DNA from: Eledone cirrhosa
Taxonomy: Eukaryota
Length of the DNA: 64,000 nucleotides
Assembly (NCBI GenBank): GCA_964016885.1
Contig: OZ024756.1
Location: forward strand, 22,072,001 to 22,136,000
Reading direction: 5' to 3'
Shown here: positions 45,581 to 59,601 of the stretch, piece after piece
Layout of the letters: each line of letters starts with the position of its first letter
How positions within the stretch are numbered: the first letter of the stretch is position 1
The notes under the pieces: generated by a model
Databases searched by the model: none
What the model was told of the DNA's origin: nothing
What the model saw: only the letters and a program-made list of their open reading frames with translations
Translations under genes and position numbers: made by a program

Positions 45581-46902
45581 TTCCTGAAGACAGACTTTAG
45601 ACTTAGATACATGATGATGTTTCACATGTCGTTGAGACAAAAAATACTATTTTCCACTGCATTCCCTTAATTAGACCCTACGTTTCCTCGATTAGTTTCC
45701 CATCGTGTGTTTATATGAATGAAGTAGAAGGAGTCTAATATTTTTCAGTCTCGTCAAACAATCTATTACATCGTCTTCGTTTTCATTTGTCTCTCATTGG
45801 TCCCCATACTGTCATGATTATTTGTTTCATTGTTCAAAATTTGTCTGTTCTGTTAATATGTCTTACTCACAGTTTTCACATTGTAACAATTATACGTATA
45901 TTATTTACCTTAATCCTTTCTCTTAACCATTTGTTTGACACTCTTTCTGCACATGTTAAACCGAGTATTGATTCATATTCCCATCTGGTGCTGATACGTA
46001 ACGAATTTCCTCTGCACACCTGCGTTTTGAATCCACGTTTACTATCTATAAACGAGTGCTAGTACTTTGAATTCGTTTAGAATATTCTGGGGAGTCTTGA
46101 TTATAAGCATCACTCTGTTAGTTGAAAGAATTTCAGTCAAACGTCCATCCCCCTTCTATTTATTTCTCCTGGTAGATTTAGTATATGCTTATTCTTTGCC
46201 CGCGGTGTATGTATGGTTCCTAATATTCTTACTAGGTTCTTCTACACTGTAATGACTTTTGGTTTCACCTCATCTAATGATTTATCATTATTTCTATATC
46301 CATCTTATTTATCTTCAGTTCATATGTTTTGCTTGCGGCACAAAATTCTCACATCTTTTCTGTTGTCTGTTCTAGACTGTCTGTTATCAGCACGACTTCA
46401 TCAGCGAATTTCAGATTTTATTCTTTCATCTTCCCTCTGCCAGTCTATTATTATTCTTCTAGAGATGAGTTCCAGGCATGTTGTAGAAAAGTTTCTGTGG
46501 TATGATGTCATGATAGATACGCAATACACCACCCTCCCCAAACTATTCTCAATTAAATTTATTTTTCAGGAAATTCGTGATCATTAATTCAGCCTTGGAG
46601 ATAGAATTCATTGTTTATCATGCAACGAATCAGACAATGGAAGAAAGAAAGAAACTAAAATATATATTAACAACAAAGCAGCCGCCAAAAAGTCAGACAA
46701 AATAAGACTTGAAAAAAAAAAGCTTGTCTTACTTGAAGTTATAATCTCCTGAGATTTTACTTAATTCCACACATCACTGATTATATAACATTTCACACTA
46801 AATTACAGGCGATGTGCCTAAAATTTCCGAAAACACATAAAGGTTGTCATGACTGTATATCTTTATATTCTCTCTCTCTATCTCTATCTCTCTCTCTGTC
46901 AC

Positions 46903-46956
<54 letters not shown>

Positions 46957-47166
46957 TAAAAGGAAAAGAAAATGATGACAAATTGTTCCCAGTGAGAAAT
47001 AGTTTAATTAGTAATAAGTATTGGTTAGTGTTCAGTTTTAGTTTTAAGCTTTTACCGGTTGCGCATTTCTAATGCTTTTCAAAAATAATTTTGAGATAGA
47101 GCGCCCGTGATGTTGCCTCTAATCTGGCATATATATATGGCATATATATCTGGCATATATATATAT

Positions 47167-47524
47167 GCAGAAGTTACATTTAATTTGTTGGGATTCCAAC
47201 AAACTTAAAAGTTTATAACTGATATAAAGCACTCGACAATTAACTGGAGTAAATATTCAATATATTACTAAATGGAAACTAGATTTATAAAACCATAATT
47301 ATTTCATTATATATATTTCAAGGGCAACCAAGGCAGTCTTGGTGCGCTTTCATCAGATACTATCAACCGTCAAGGTTGTTTTCCACGCTTATGTCAATAT
47401 TTATAAAACAAATTTTGTATTTTATCTGATGAAAGCGCACCAAGACTGGCTTGGTTGCCTTTGAAATATATATAATAAAATAATTATGGTTTTATAAATA
47501 TAGTTTCCATTTATTAATATATTG
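47167..47524. mobile_element. Same family as 18298, opposite orientation; hammerheads at about 47301-47358 (-) and 47419-47481 (+)
   Basis: Sequence similarity to 18298-18734; CTGATGA...GAAATATATATA on both strands. Confidence 0.82.
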
Positions 47525-47808
47525 TATATATATATATATATATATATTGTATATATATTGTATATATATATATATATATTGTATATATATTGTATATATA
47601 TATATATATATTGTATATATATTGTATATATATATATATATATTGTATATATATTGTATATATATATATATTGTATATATATTGTATATATATATATATA
47701 TATTGTATATATATATATATATATATATTGTATATATATATATTGTATATATATATATATATATATTGTATATATATATATATATATTGTATATATATAT
47801 ATATATAT

Positions 47809-47852
<44 letters not shown>

Positions 47853-47893
47853 ATATATATATATATATATTGTATATATATATATATATATAT

Positions 47894-47947
<54 letters not shown>

Positions 47948-48047
47948 CAGGGTGTCCTAAACTAATGTATACTCATTTTGATTACCTGTACATGTAATAT
48001 TCATTAGAAGGCTGTTGAAGTGTGTATACATTAGTTGGGACACCATG
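47948..48047. mobile_element. Tiny Tc1/mariner-type MITE
   Basis: TIRs cagggtgtcctaaactaatgtatac / gtatacattagttgggacaccatg. Confidence 0.7.
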
Positions 48048-48684
48048 TTCATATATGCATATGTGTGTGTGTGTGTGTATGTGTGTGGGTGTGTCTGGGA
48101 GTGAGTATATGTATGTATATATATATGTGTGTGTGTGTGTGTGTGAGTGAGTATATGTATGTGTGTGTGTGTGTGTATGCGTGTGTATGTGGGTGCGCGT
48201 GTGGATGTGTGGACCACCAAACGCAGAAGTAATTCATTGAAGTGTGGCAGGAATTGGACAGCGGAATGATACCTGTGGTCAGAATTTATGATAGCGTAGA
48301 CAACGAGCAGCAAATCACTGGACGCGCGAAGAGGATGAAGTTTTTGACAGTACTGGCCCATAGGGTCAGCTACTCCAGTGAGAGAATATGCGCCGAAATC
48401 ATTAGACGTTTCCGTCGAACCTGCGGGTCCAGAATCAGACAGATCCACACAATGATCGCGTCTCGAGCTGTCCGCCGGCGAAACAACTGTAACACACAAT
48501 AAATTGAGTTCAGATGTATCACTGATTTTTCGTTTTATATTATATATATATATATATGTGAAAACAGGGAGAAAAAGACGATTATTAGGAAGAAAAATTT
48601 GTTTTTTCCCTTTTCATTTCTTTCTCTCTTTTTTGGGGTTTAGAAAATGATTAAAACGAAATATTTTACTTTGTATGAAGTGTT

Positions 48685-48728
<44 letters not shown>

Positions 48729-49709
48729 ATATATATATATGTACATATGTTATCACGATAACAATCCCATATGACATACAATACTTTCATTGTTAAACTT
48801 TTCACATGATTTTTCTTTAACGTTAACAACCAATCGTACAGTGCGTTGTATGTTTATATGAATGAAGTCAGCATTCAAAAGTTGGTTATAAGGCGTGTCA
48901 AGATAAGCGTGACATTGATTCACGTACCAAGACTGAAACTAACCTAACAATGTGTTTTTAAGTATGAATGCGGCGCATTCCATGATCATTGTCATATTCT
49001 CGAAGGTGAAGGCTATATATAAGATGGAATTTAAGGTCACCGAGGAGTTCAATGTTTTCTTTATTCTTGTACATATTGATATCCATGCGAAACATCTTAG
49101 CTACCGGACGTAAAAATACACCAAAAATGTTAGTAATGTAGCCGAAAACATGGATATGTACACACACACACTGACACCCAACCACACTCACATAAACTCG
49201 CACGCACACACACACACACAGACACACACACATATATATATATAAATATACACGGGTGTGTATGATTGTGTATAGAAGATTATATTAATAAAAGGAATTC
49301 CAACTTTGTCTAATTTACTCGTTTTATTTACAATCCATTAAAATTATAATGATATTGTAATGAAATATTATGGTAGAATATTAAATGTTAATTGAATATG
49401 TACTTTCATGCTTTCGCAATCTTCAGGTTCATATTCAGTGGTGACAGTCAAGTTTGCACGTCCGGTCCAGGTTTGTTATTTAACCTAATTGTATTTTAAT
49501 TGTTATTGGGACTACGTGGCAGTCCCCTCGCCAGAGTTTTCAAATTGTCACGCTATTTAACGAATGTTACTTACTCTAAGGTGTAGCCTATCGATTTATC
49601 GATACATACTTATTTAGTGCTTCGTGCAAACACGAATTGTTACGTCGTGGGTTTGGCCGACTGCCATAACTTCGATATTACTAACATTCCACTTGTTTGT
49701 GAGTGTGTT

Positions 49710-49751
<42 letters not shown>

Positions 49752-50255
49752 AAGATTTGTGTTTATCGTATCACAAATGGCTGGATAGACGCGTTGATCT
49801 TTAGAAAAACATATATATGGTAAAATGTTCAATATGGCGCTGCTTTAACCTATAAACAATATATGTTTGACTCACGATCGTAATATCGTGGATTCGGCAG
49901 CACATTTTGTTTTGAGCAAAATCTTTAGCTGGAAATTTGTAACACCAAAACCTAGGTGTTAATACTGCAATGGACTGGTGTCGCTAAGGCCATGGCTAGG
50001 GGTCGATAAGCCTGACAGCCTAGGATGTATTTTAACTTGTGATATATATATATATATATATATTGGTAAACGGAATAGAAAATGGTGACAAATTGTTCAC
50101 AGTTGAAAAATGGTTTAATTAGGAATAAAAGAGTATTAGTGATTGTATGGGTTAGTATTCAGTTGGGGTTTTAAGTTTTTAAGTTTTTACCGGTTGCGCA
50201 TTTCTAAATGCTTTTCAAAAATAATTTTGAGATAGAGTGTCCGTGCTGTTTGCTC

Positions 50256-50289
<34 letters not shown>

Positions 50290-50290
50290 G

Positions 50291-50477
50291 ATCCCTGGTT
50301 AAATCGGGGATAACCATAGTAAGTAAAGTACTCAATACATAGCAGAGTAAAAGTAATTTAATATAGAAATGGCTTCTACAGGACTAGAACTGTTTCATTC
50401 GGAGAAAATCATCAGATCTGATGATTTCCTCCGAATGAAACAGTTCTAGTCCAGTAGAAGCCATTTCTATATTAAAT
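50291..50477. mobile_element. Head-to-head hammerhead palindrome (50356-50477) centred on AGATCT
   Basis: TCATCAG at 50409-50415 and CTGATGA at 50418-50424, each followed by stem II, GAAACAG and a GTA site. Confidence 0.78.
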
Positions 50478-50494
50478 ATATATATATATATATA

Positions 50495-50655
50495 ACGAAG
50501 GAAATGTGGTAAGGAACCAGGTGGACCATAACGCACCAAAGTACTCAATACTTGGGGTAGTAGAGTGGGTAATAGGAACCAGTAAGACCCCAACAGCTGA
50601 GCTCAAAATTAGCCGTCGAAACGGCTTGAGCTCAGCTGTCGGGGTCTTACTGGTT

Positions 50656-50660
<5 letters not shown>
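50495..50660. mobile_element. Same fold-back family, copy 3
   Basis: Same tail and inverted repeat. Confidence 0.75.
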
Positions 50661-50694
<34 letters not shown>

Positions 50695-50865
50695 TTAGTG
50701 GATCAATCGCGAAACGCGCGTCACACCTCAATAAATGTAATGAAAATTTAACACCTCTTCCATATTATTATTATTAATATAGATAGATAGATAGATATAT
50801 AGATAGATATATATAGAGAGAGAGAAGTAGAGAGAGATATGTAGCTGATAATGGAGTTTACTTAC

Positions 50866-50964
50866 CTTGTACCCTATTAATGTGTTATCTCTAAACTCGG
50901 ACGGTTTTAATTTCATTAGAACTTCTTCTAGCTGTGTCAGATTCTCTTTACTCCGTGTTTTCAT
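50866..50964 (-). CDS. RhoGEF exon C (99 nt): MKTRSKENLTQLEEVLMKLKPSEFRDNTLIGYK
   Basis: ttcag acceptor, AAG|gtaagt donor, phase 0-0. Confidence 0.78.
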
Positions 50965-51444
50965 CTGAAGTTAACATTAACACATATTTGTTAGAGAGCA
51001 TAGTTATTACTGCGGTGCATTATTTTTCATACTTAACACAAATTTAGTCATGTCTTTTTGAGCATGTACGAGAGATAATTGAATTTGGAATGAAGAACAC
51101 GTGTTAACATGTATTTTGTTTTAGATAGGAAAAATACTAAGTGTAGCTACTCGAAATATTTGACTTGTAAGAACAAATCACAATCAAAAGTCTTGCCACC
51201 CCGATACTCATTATTTTATGTCACTTCTGTTAGCTTTCACTTTATACTTCCAAACACACACACACACATATATATATATCATCATCGTCATGGTCATTTA
51301 ATGTCCACTTTCTACGCTAGCATGAGTTAGACCGGTTGTCCAATTTGAGGAGGCTAGTTGGAACAGGTGACCGTGTCCTTTTCATATAGATTTGTTTCTG
51401 GCTAGATTTCTACAGGTGGATTCCCTTCCTAACTCCAACCACAT

Positions 51445-52110
51445 CCACAGTGTGGGCTGGGTGCTTTTTGTCACGACTCCTACACAACCACTCTACAGTG
51501 CTGGCTGGGTGCTTTTTGTCGTGTGACCTACACGACCACATTACAGGGCGGACAGGGTGCTTTTCGTCGTGACACCTACATGCCCACTTTAGAGTGTAGA
51601 CTGGGTGCTTTTTGTCGTGACACCTACACGACCACTTTACAGTGTAGACTGGGTGCTTTTTGTTGTGACACCTACACGACCACTTTACAGCGTGTACTGG
51701 ATCCTTTTTGTTGTTACACCTACACGACCACTTTACAGCGTAGACTGGATTCTTTTTGTTGTGACACCTACACGACCACTTTACAGTGTAGAGTGGGTGC
51801 TTTTTGTTGTGACACCTAAGCGACCACATTACAGCGTGGACAGGGTACTTTTTGTTGTGGCACTTATACGACCACATTACAGCGTGGACAGGGTACTTTT
51901 TGTTGTGATACCTATACGACCACATTACAGCGTGGAAAGGGTACTTTTTGTTGTGACACCTATACGACCACATTACAGCGTGGACTGGGTGGTTTTTGTT
52001 GTGACACCTACACGACCACTTTACAGCGTGGTCTGGGTCCTTTTTGTTGTGACACCTACACGACCACATTACAGCGTGGACATGGTGCTTTTTGTTGTGA
52101 CACCTACACA
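51445..52110. repeat. 48-bp minisatellite, about 14 copies
   Basis: Unit ttgtgacacctacacgaccactttacagcgtggactgggtgctttttg. Confidence 0.9.
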
Positions 52111-52554
52111 ACTTAACAATGTGTAATATTATAAGCACTACAAGCAGTATGTACACTCTGTTTTCTGATGTATAAGAACAAAATCCACCTTGAAATACTC
52201 GAATAGGAATTAAGTCTACTACCGACATTTGGAAATTAGTTCACTTCTTATATTTTACAGCTTCTTTTATTTATCTAGTCGAACGATCCGGAATTCTGCA
52301 ATAAGACAATTATCACAGGAATTTGACCATTTATTAAATACATTTGCCTTATGTAACCTTGCTTAGATGATGTTGGAAGTCTCGTCTTTGTCTCATGATT
52401 TCTAAATAACAATACGTGTGTGATGTGGGCGTGGGTTTGTGTCTATCTCTATCGGTATATGTATGAAGTATCATGCTGATCTTCTTGTGCAGCCGGCGCT
52501 GCTTTTACTACTACTACTACTATTACTACTACTACTACTACTGATAATAATAAT

Positions 52555-54475
52555 TCTTTCTACTTTTGGCACAAGGCCAGCAATTTGAAGAGGAGGGGAA
52601 AGTCTATTAAATCGATCCAGTACATTACTGGTACTTTATTTTATCGACCCCGTAGGGATGAATGGCAAAGTTAACCTCAGCGCGATTTGGACTCAGAACG
52701 TAAATGTCCGTAACTCTATGCTGCAAAGCATGGCGTCCGAGCCTCTACCGATGATAATAATAATAATACTGCTTCTGAGAGTCATGGTATTAGTCATTTA
52801 ATCTACAGTAAACCTTCTTTATTTTTTGTTCCTTTGCAATGTATCTAGGTCTGCTAACAAATTTACTTTTGTACGAACATAATTTAAAAGATCCGTATTA
52901 ACAACAGGTTAAACCGTAAGATCTAGTAAGAAAATACAGGTGCAATGAGCAAGAATCTAATCTAAGTAAGTAGTAAGAAGGAAAACTGAAATATTTACTT
53001 ACCAATCTGAGAAGGGAAAAGGTTTGTCGACTTTTTTTTGAATCAGCAACTGTAAAATATAATCCAATGTTAGAGTATTGCTTTCTGATTTAGACACAAA
53101 GCCAACAATTTTGGGAAAGTGGAAAGTTGATTAACTCGACTGCAGTGCATTACTGGTACTTTATTATATGGAGACCGTAAGGATGAAAAGCAAAGCTAAC
53201 TTCGGTGGGGTTTGAACTTAGAACGTAGAGGGCCATACCTACAGGCAGCAAAGCATATTATCGGACGTTCTAACGATACTGCCATTACACCGGCCTTTAT
53301 TGAATATAATATTATTACTCTTTGAAATTATGAAATATTCGGACTGAAACCTCATATTCAGAGACGAAAACATTAATATTTCAGATTATACGTAAGTTTT
53401 TGTTCGGTTTCATATTTGCTCTTCATCAGATCTCGCTTACATCGATAAGTACTTAAATGTACCGAGTACATATATATGAAAACACGCTAAATCATAAGCA
53501 AACAGAATCACATACAGGCGCACACAAATATGTACATATATATATATATATATATATAAAGTATATATATATATATATACATAGATACAAACACACACAT
53601 TATACATATATATATTTGATGTTTATCTATGACTTTGATGCTGTTTGGCAAACAGTTTTCAGATAGGGAGGTTGGACGAGAGAATAATTATTTTGTAACC
53701 ATTGACACTGGCCAAGAACAGTGATGCGTTACCGATGATAACATCATAATATATACACATTACAGAATATTACCCAGCATGGTAATAAAATGTCTATTAA
53801 TGTTTATGACATAATTATATGAGGAAAACATTGTTGAATTTTAACAGTAATTGATTTATGATAAATTCTCTTTGTAAGTCATGTGAGATATTCCCTGGTA
53901 ACAGTGAATTATAACCTTGTTGTATTAAAATGTATCCGTTAAATAACCTGTCGTAGGTAGTATAATGCATCATAATATGATGACAGTCAAAGAGACGGAA
54001 TGGCGTGTAAGTTATAGAAATTAAACGTAAATGTTTATTACTGTACCTTTCCGATGCAGAGGCCATGCCGGTGAACAGCTATCAAACGCGTAGCCACAAC
54101 GACTCTAATATTTATTTATCGATAACTAAATATTTCACAACCTTAGAAAGATGATGGGAAAGCGAAGCCAGCCGGGAGTTGAACTAGAAACCGCAACTAG
54201 AATCCGCAAATATTTTGTCCATCCTCCTGCCGACTTTGCGACCCAGTCGTATAATATAGCGTCTGATTTAGGTAGGAGGCCAGCAATTTTTGGGGTAAGG
54301 AAATGTCGATCAAATTCACCCTAGTGCGTTACTGGTATTTTATTTTATGGAGGTCGTAAGGAAGAAATACAAAGCTAACCTCGGCGGGATTTGAACTCAG
54401 AATGGAAAGGGGCATAAATATATGCTGCAAAGTATGTTGTCCGATGTTCTACCGATACTGCCAACCCATCGTCCT
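52555..54475 (-). mobile_element. Three separate SINE copies (about 52555-52752, 53080-53292, 54260-54475) around exon B
   Basis: Reverse-complement family motifs. Confidence 0.8.
53003..53049 (-). CDS. RhoGEF exon B (47 nt): VADSKKSRQTFSLLRL
   Basis: ttttacag acceptor, TTG|gtaagt donor; phase 1 to 0 joins exons A and C in frame. Confidence 0.75.
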
Positions 54476-54586
54476 TAACCAATTGTATAATATAAAGTAC
54501 ACTTAATAATCACATTTTACCGTAATGATTATACGATTATTGCATGTATAGAGTAAATAAAATCCGTTTCTTCACGGTAAACTTAC

Positions 54587-54765
54587 CTGCTTCAGAGTAG
54601 ATGGTAGGTAAATCTTGCCTTGTGGCAAAATCTGCTACTGTGTTTCGTTTCGTAAGCTTTTTATTATGGGTGGGGGGAACTCTGTGCCCTAATAGATCAC
54701 CAGGGTAAACTGTCATTGGAATATCCACGGAGCTGCGTCTTCGCCGTAGACGTCCCGCTAAGTTA
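54587..54765 (-). CDS. RhoGEF (PLEKHG7-like) exon A: NLAGRLRRRRSSVDIPMTVYPGDLL...IYSEA
   Basis: Poly-T tract + cacag acceptor, gcag|gtaagt donor, open frame; ends in phase 1, matching the next exon. Confidence 0.75.
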
Positions 54766-55664
54766 CTGTGAAACAAAAAAAAAACAAAAAAAAAAAACAC
54801 AAACAATATCAGATTTATTGAAAGAAGAATTTGCATTTTTAGATATCCGATATCTATGTCTTCGATCTGAAATATTTGCAAGAAAAAAGTTGGAAAAAAG
54901 AACACAAAAATTAAATAAAACTAAGAAATAAGAATTACCTTTTCAATATGTAAGAAATATATATATGGTGTAAGAAATATATATATGATCTTTACATGAT
55001 ATTTATATTCTAAATATCAATGTGAAATTATGAACACCTGCACAATTTTCTTCGGTTCTTTTTTAATGTTGAAGACGAAAATTAAGATTCTACGACTCAA
55101 CTAGCAATGGTGAAATCACATTAGTCTTGTCTTCAAAACTGAAGGTATCTCAATATGACAACACCAATCACAAACTTTCGGTAACCCAATCAACTAACAA
55201 TGGTGAAATTACTCCAGACTCACCTTCAAATTGTCTACAGGTAGTCCGGTACCTGACGCACTTAGCATACATTCTGTCCGCCGTGGCTGTGTGTGTGTGC
55301 GGGGGGAGGGGCAGCACGTGTGACTCCATTGGTGCACGATACAGAGAGATGGGGAGGGTGAGAGAGATGAAGCGATGACAGTGGGAGTTCAGCTCTTCCA
55401 CGTTCCGACCATATCTTTATGGTTGTATTCATTAAGCATTTAGAAGTCTTATTAATCGACCAGAATATATATAGCAATGATCTATTTTTAGAAACGTTCA
55501 ACGGATATGTATTTACTGAATATTTAGAATCTTCCACTTATATTGCTTTTTTATTACAATAAATAATCTACGAAAGATTAGGTTAACAGATTATCACTCG
55601 AGAATGTTAAATAATAGCGACAGTTATCCACGAACAATTATAGACGTCGAGATAGCCATAAACA

Positions 55665-56010
55665 ACGACAATATCTTGTCCTTATACTTCGCCAACTTAT
55701 TCCTGAGAGTTGTGGGTGCAGAATCACTCCTTCCAGCGGTTAACCGTGTTCATCAGATCTGGCTGAATCTCCTAGCGAAACCAGCTAAGCTCATGGATGT
55801 TATCCAACCATCTTATTCGGGGTCTACCACTGGATATGCTGCCGGTTGGTTTTTTCCTGTAATATCCGTCCAGCGATTCTTTTCCGAGATATTTTAAACA
55901 CATTCCCACAGAATCGGAGCTGTGATTGTCGAATTAATAGACGATCATCTGTCAATCCACTGGTGTTCAAAACACCGAGGTCATCTAATTGAATTGATGA
56001 TCGGCACATG
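55665..56010 (-). mobile_element. 3' end of the same RTE-type LINE family, degenerate
   Basis: IRQSQLRFCGNVFKISRKRIAGRIL is similar to the 17578 ORF; matching 3' tail. Confidence 0.6.
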
Positions 56011-56908
56011 AACCAATGCTTACTGTGTGCCCCTTACGACTGCCCCTTTATAGCTTACTGAATATGATCCTGGATTAAATAAGAATTACATTAAAAAACA
56101 TTAACTCACCGTTAAAAGTTTTGGAGGAAAAAGTGACACTATTTACTGAATTGATCTCAGTACGATACACTTATCTTATGTTCCATTAGTGATTAGGAAG
56201 GATTGAATTAATAGCATATAACAAAATACATTACTCTGTTCAGCAATTAACCGTAAAGGAAAGAAAGAATTCCGTTAATTTGAACGGGGAGATCAATTTC
56301 AAAATCTCTAGACCCTGATTCAAGATCCATCTTCGTCCTGGTAAATACTTTTACCGAATCTCAATAGTGTGACTTGTAATCAGCGATAGAGATAGATTTC
56401 GTTGGTTTGTTGAAATCGATGAGAATTACACTGTCACTTTTGGCGAGATTCGATCCATTTATTACTGTGAAACCGGGAATCAAGTGACATATCAGCAACG
56501 GAAGCTGTCTGGGATTTTCTTGCAGAAAGAATTACAACACCCAGATGTCTGTGAATAGAATTACTGTCATTCTATTTCGGTTTGATTATAGACACACCAC
56601 ACAGACACATCAATATTCAGTCACGTACATTAGAGAAACACAACACACACACACACACTCGGTACGATGCAGGCAATTCTAAGAAGATTTATACCTTTGC
56701 GATAACAGATTCTATGCACGAATATTTCACGACTAATGTGCTAGAATGTTCGTTAATTTAAGCTCTATATTAGGATATTGTCAATATGTAAAAAGACAAA
56801 GAAAAAGTCAATGAAAGAAAATAAAATGGGATACATACCGATACGGAGAAGATGAACAAAGCAGAGAATGTATGAAAGATATGAAAACTGAGTGAGAATT
56901 ATGCTAGT

Positions 56909-57102
56909 ATATAAGAAAAGAGTCAGAACCCCAACGGCAGAGCTCAAGCCGTTTCGACAGCTATTTCTGGACGTCCAGAAATAGCTGTCCAAACGGCTTG
57001 TGTCAGGGTTCTGACTCTTTTCCTATTACCCACTCTACTACCCAAAGTATCGAGTACTCTGGTGCGTTATGGTCCACCTGGTTCCTTACCACACTTCCTT
57101 CG

Positions 57103-57103
<1 letters not shown>
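56909..57103. mobile_element. Same fold-back family, copy 4, reversed (fragments also at 18198-18248 and 62750-62803)
   Basis: Same tail and inverted repeat in opposite orientation. Confidence 0.72.
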
Positions 57104-57150
<47 letters not shown>

Positions 57151-57274
57151 CCCGGGTAACCACAGTAAGTAAGGTACTCAATACACGGTATAAATATTTA
57201 ATATCATCAGGAAATCAGGGTGATTTCTCCCGAATCAAACAGTTCTATTCCTGCAGAAGCCATTTCTATATTAA

Positions 57275-57346
<72 letters not shown>

Positions 57347-57462
57347 GTTGAGAGAGAAGAGTACTCAATCCTGTAGTAGTCAAGATGACCCTGTAATAAA
57401 AAGGCAAAACTCCAGAGTTACAAGACTCACTATTTAGCCTTAATAAAATAAATATATAAATT

Positions 57463-57506
<44 letters not shown>

Positions 57507-57878
57507 GAGAGAGAGAGAGTGAGAGAGAGAGATAGTGAGAGAGAGAGAGTGAGAGACGACCGCTAGAGAAATTGCCGTTAAGTATTTAACTATTTATGTT
57601 CGTATATGCTGAAGATTACAGCGGGGTTTTGTAGTAGGAACAAAGTTTCAAAGACCCGGCTGAATCTATTCAAAGTTACATTTAAAACTCAAAATGCTCA
57701 AACAGATTTCACCATGTCCTATAGTCCAATTATCCACAACTCGTGATCGTTTTGCGTGTTGAAAATAAACCAATATATTTGTTTTGTAAGAGATGTGTAT
57801 TGTACAAAAATAGATAAAGCACAATTGAAGTTAAATTGTTACCCGGTTTTAATTTCCCGTGAACACCGTTCACCTACA

Positions 57879-58135
57879 CATGGGCAACCTGCGGCCCTCA
57901 AAGCTTTCTGAATGGCTCGTTTAAGTCACCTACTTTTCAGTCGTAATTCATCTTGCTATCATTTTTTACGATCGAGGAAAACAACGTGTACGAATTCTGA
58001 AGAAACAAATCAAAAGAACCTGAGTTACTCCCCTTTTTTTAATATGGGCACGAATGTAAATTAGCGCTTGCGCCCCGCCTAATGATGAGCCATATCTCAT
58101 GCGGCCCGCATCTCGAAAAAGTTTACCCATGCCTG
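57879..58135. mobile_element. hAT-type MITE
   Basis: catgggcaacctgcggccc...gcggcccg...tttacccatgcctg; cctacac on both flanks. Confidence 0.6.
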
Positions 58136-59362
58136 TCCTACACATTCTGCTTAAGACCTTACTCATTTACTTCGGCTCCAAAGATATAGAGATCGTTTGA
58201 TCGAACACAACAGATATTTCTATATATTAAATATACAATGTTCTAATTAAACTCTTGATCTGCTAATTTAGATAATTAATCCCTTTTAAATCACAGCCTG
58301 ACATACTGTCATCTTGAAAACGAAATGATACATTGGATAAATATCTGATTATCGAACAACGACGACGCCAACTAGGATTGCGGTGTGATTTATCTAATAA
58401 GAAAGAAATCAATGCCTATTTGCAAAGATATTTCCTGTTGGTACACATGATGAAATATTTTGAATTCTGTCTCCTAGGTTTTAAGCTCAAATGACCCCAA
58501 AACCATATTGGCCACCTGTTATTCGCAGAGTTGATTCTTTCAGTTGCAAACATATTAAAAATACAGATTAAATTCCAAGCGACATTCAGCTACATTCGTT
58601 TATTACATTTAAATCGCAGTTCAAATATTTCGTGACTGATTTCCATGTCTTTGTTTCTGATGAATTATTCATGAATGAAAAGTTCAGATCAATTAAATTG
58701 ATCAACCTTCTTTTGCAACAAATCTCCGTCATTCTTTGAGCGAAAGAAATTATTTTTAATGATCACAGCATGACGGACATTAAACTGGACCATGTACTGG
58801 AAAAGGATGAGAGGCAAACAGAGACAAATAGCGATAGATAGATAGATAGAGAAAGGGAAATAAAGTGAGAAGGAGAGAGAGATAGATAGTACAGATATCT
58901 AGAATAATTTTTCTGATAATGATTTGTGAAAAGCAAATATATGTTAACTGCATGAATTTATACGAAATTCACAGCTTAGTAAAGTAATTAAAAAAACCCA
59001 ATGTCTACATTTCATCCAGCTTCCTTCATTGAAATTCCTTGTCACTGGAGCTGTTACAAATAAGAGTCATCTTTCCAAAACGACAACATAACATATTAGA
59101 AATAGACAAGAATAGATTCTGTATTGCAGTTATATAAAACTATTTTGACCGAAAACAAAAATGAAAGTAAATACATAGACCGGATGATTGGAACTGGAAT
59201 TCATTGCTATAAAGATCAAGATTAACACGGAGTTACACCAGATCTCTAAACCTTCTTAATAAGTATCCAAAGTGTTCGCTAAATTGTTTTGGTGCTTCCT
59301 GGAGAAGGAGTTTCTACGGGTATTTTTAACAACGTTTGAAAGTTCTTCAACATTCTGAACCG

Positions 59363-59413
<51 letters not shown>

Positions 59414-59507
59414 GGATATATACTCACATATATATACACTCAAATGGAGAGGGATAGATAGCTAGTGGGGTAGGCATATATACAATTATAGACGGTTAGC
59501 TTGTTAC

Positions 59508-59601
<94 letters not shown>

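Noticed and set aside
56105-56150. Candidate upstream RhoGEF exon (cag...aacg|gtgagt)
   Set aside because: The only open frame ends in phase 1, while exon A needs phase 2; poor pyrimidine tract
58655-58690. CTGATGA...GAAA hammerhead-like motif (also near 53420 and 61517)
   Set aside because: Stems are too weak or absent to distinguish from chance in AT-rich DNA
59250-59360. Coding-like minus-strand stretch (NVEELSNVVKNTRRNSFSRK)
   Set aside because: Runs into a stop with no convincing donor
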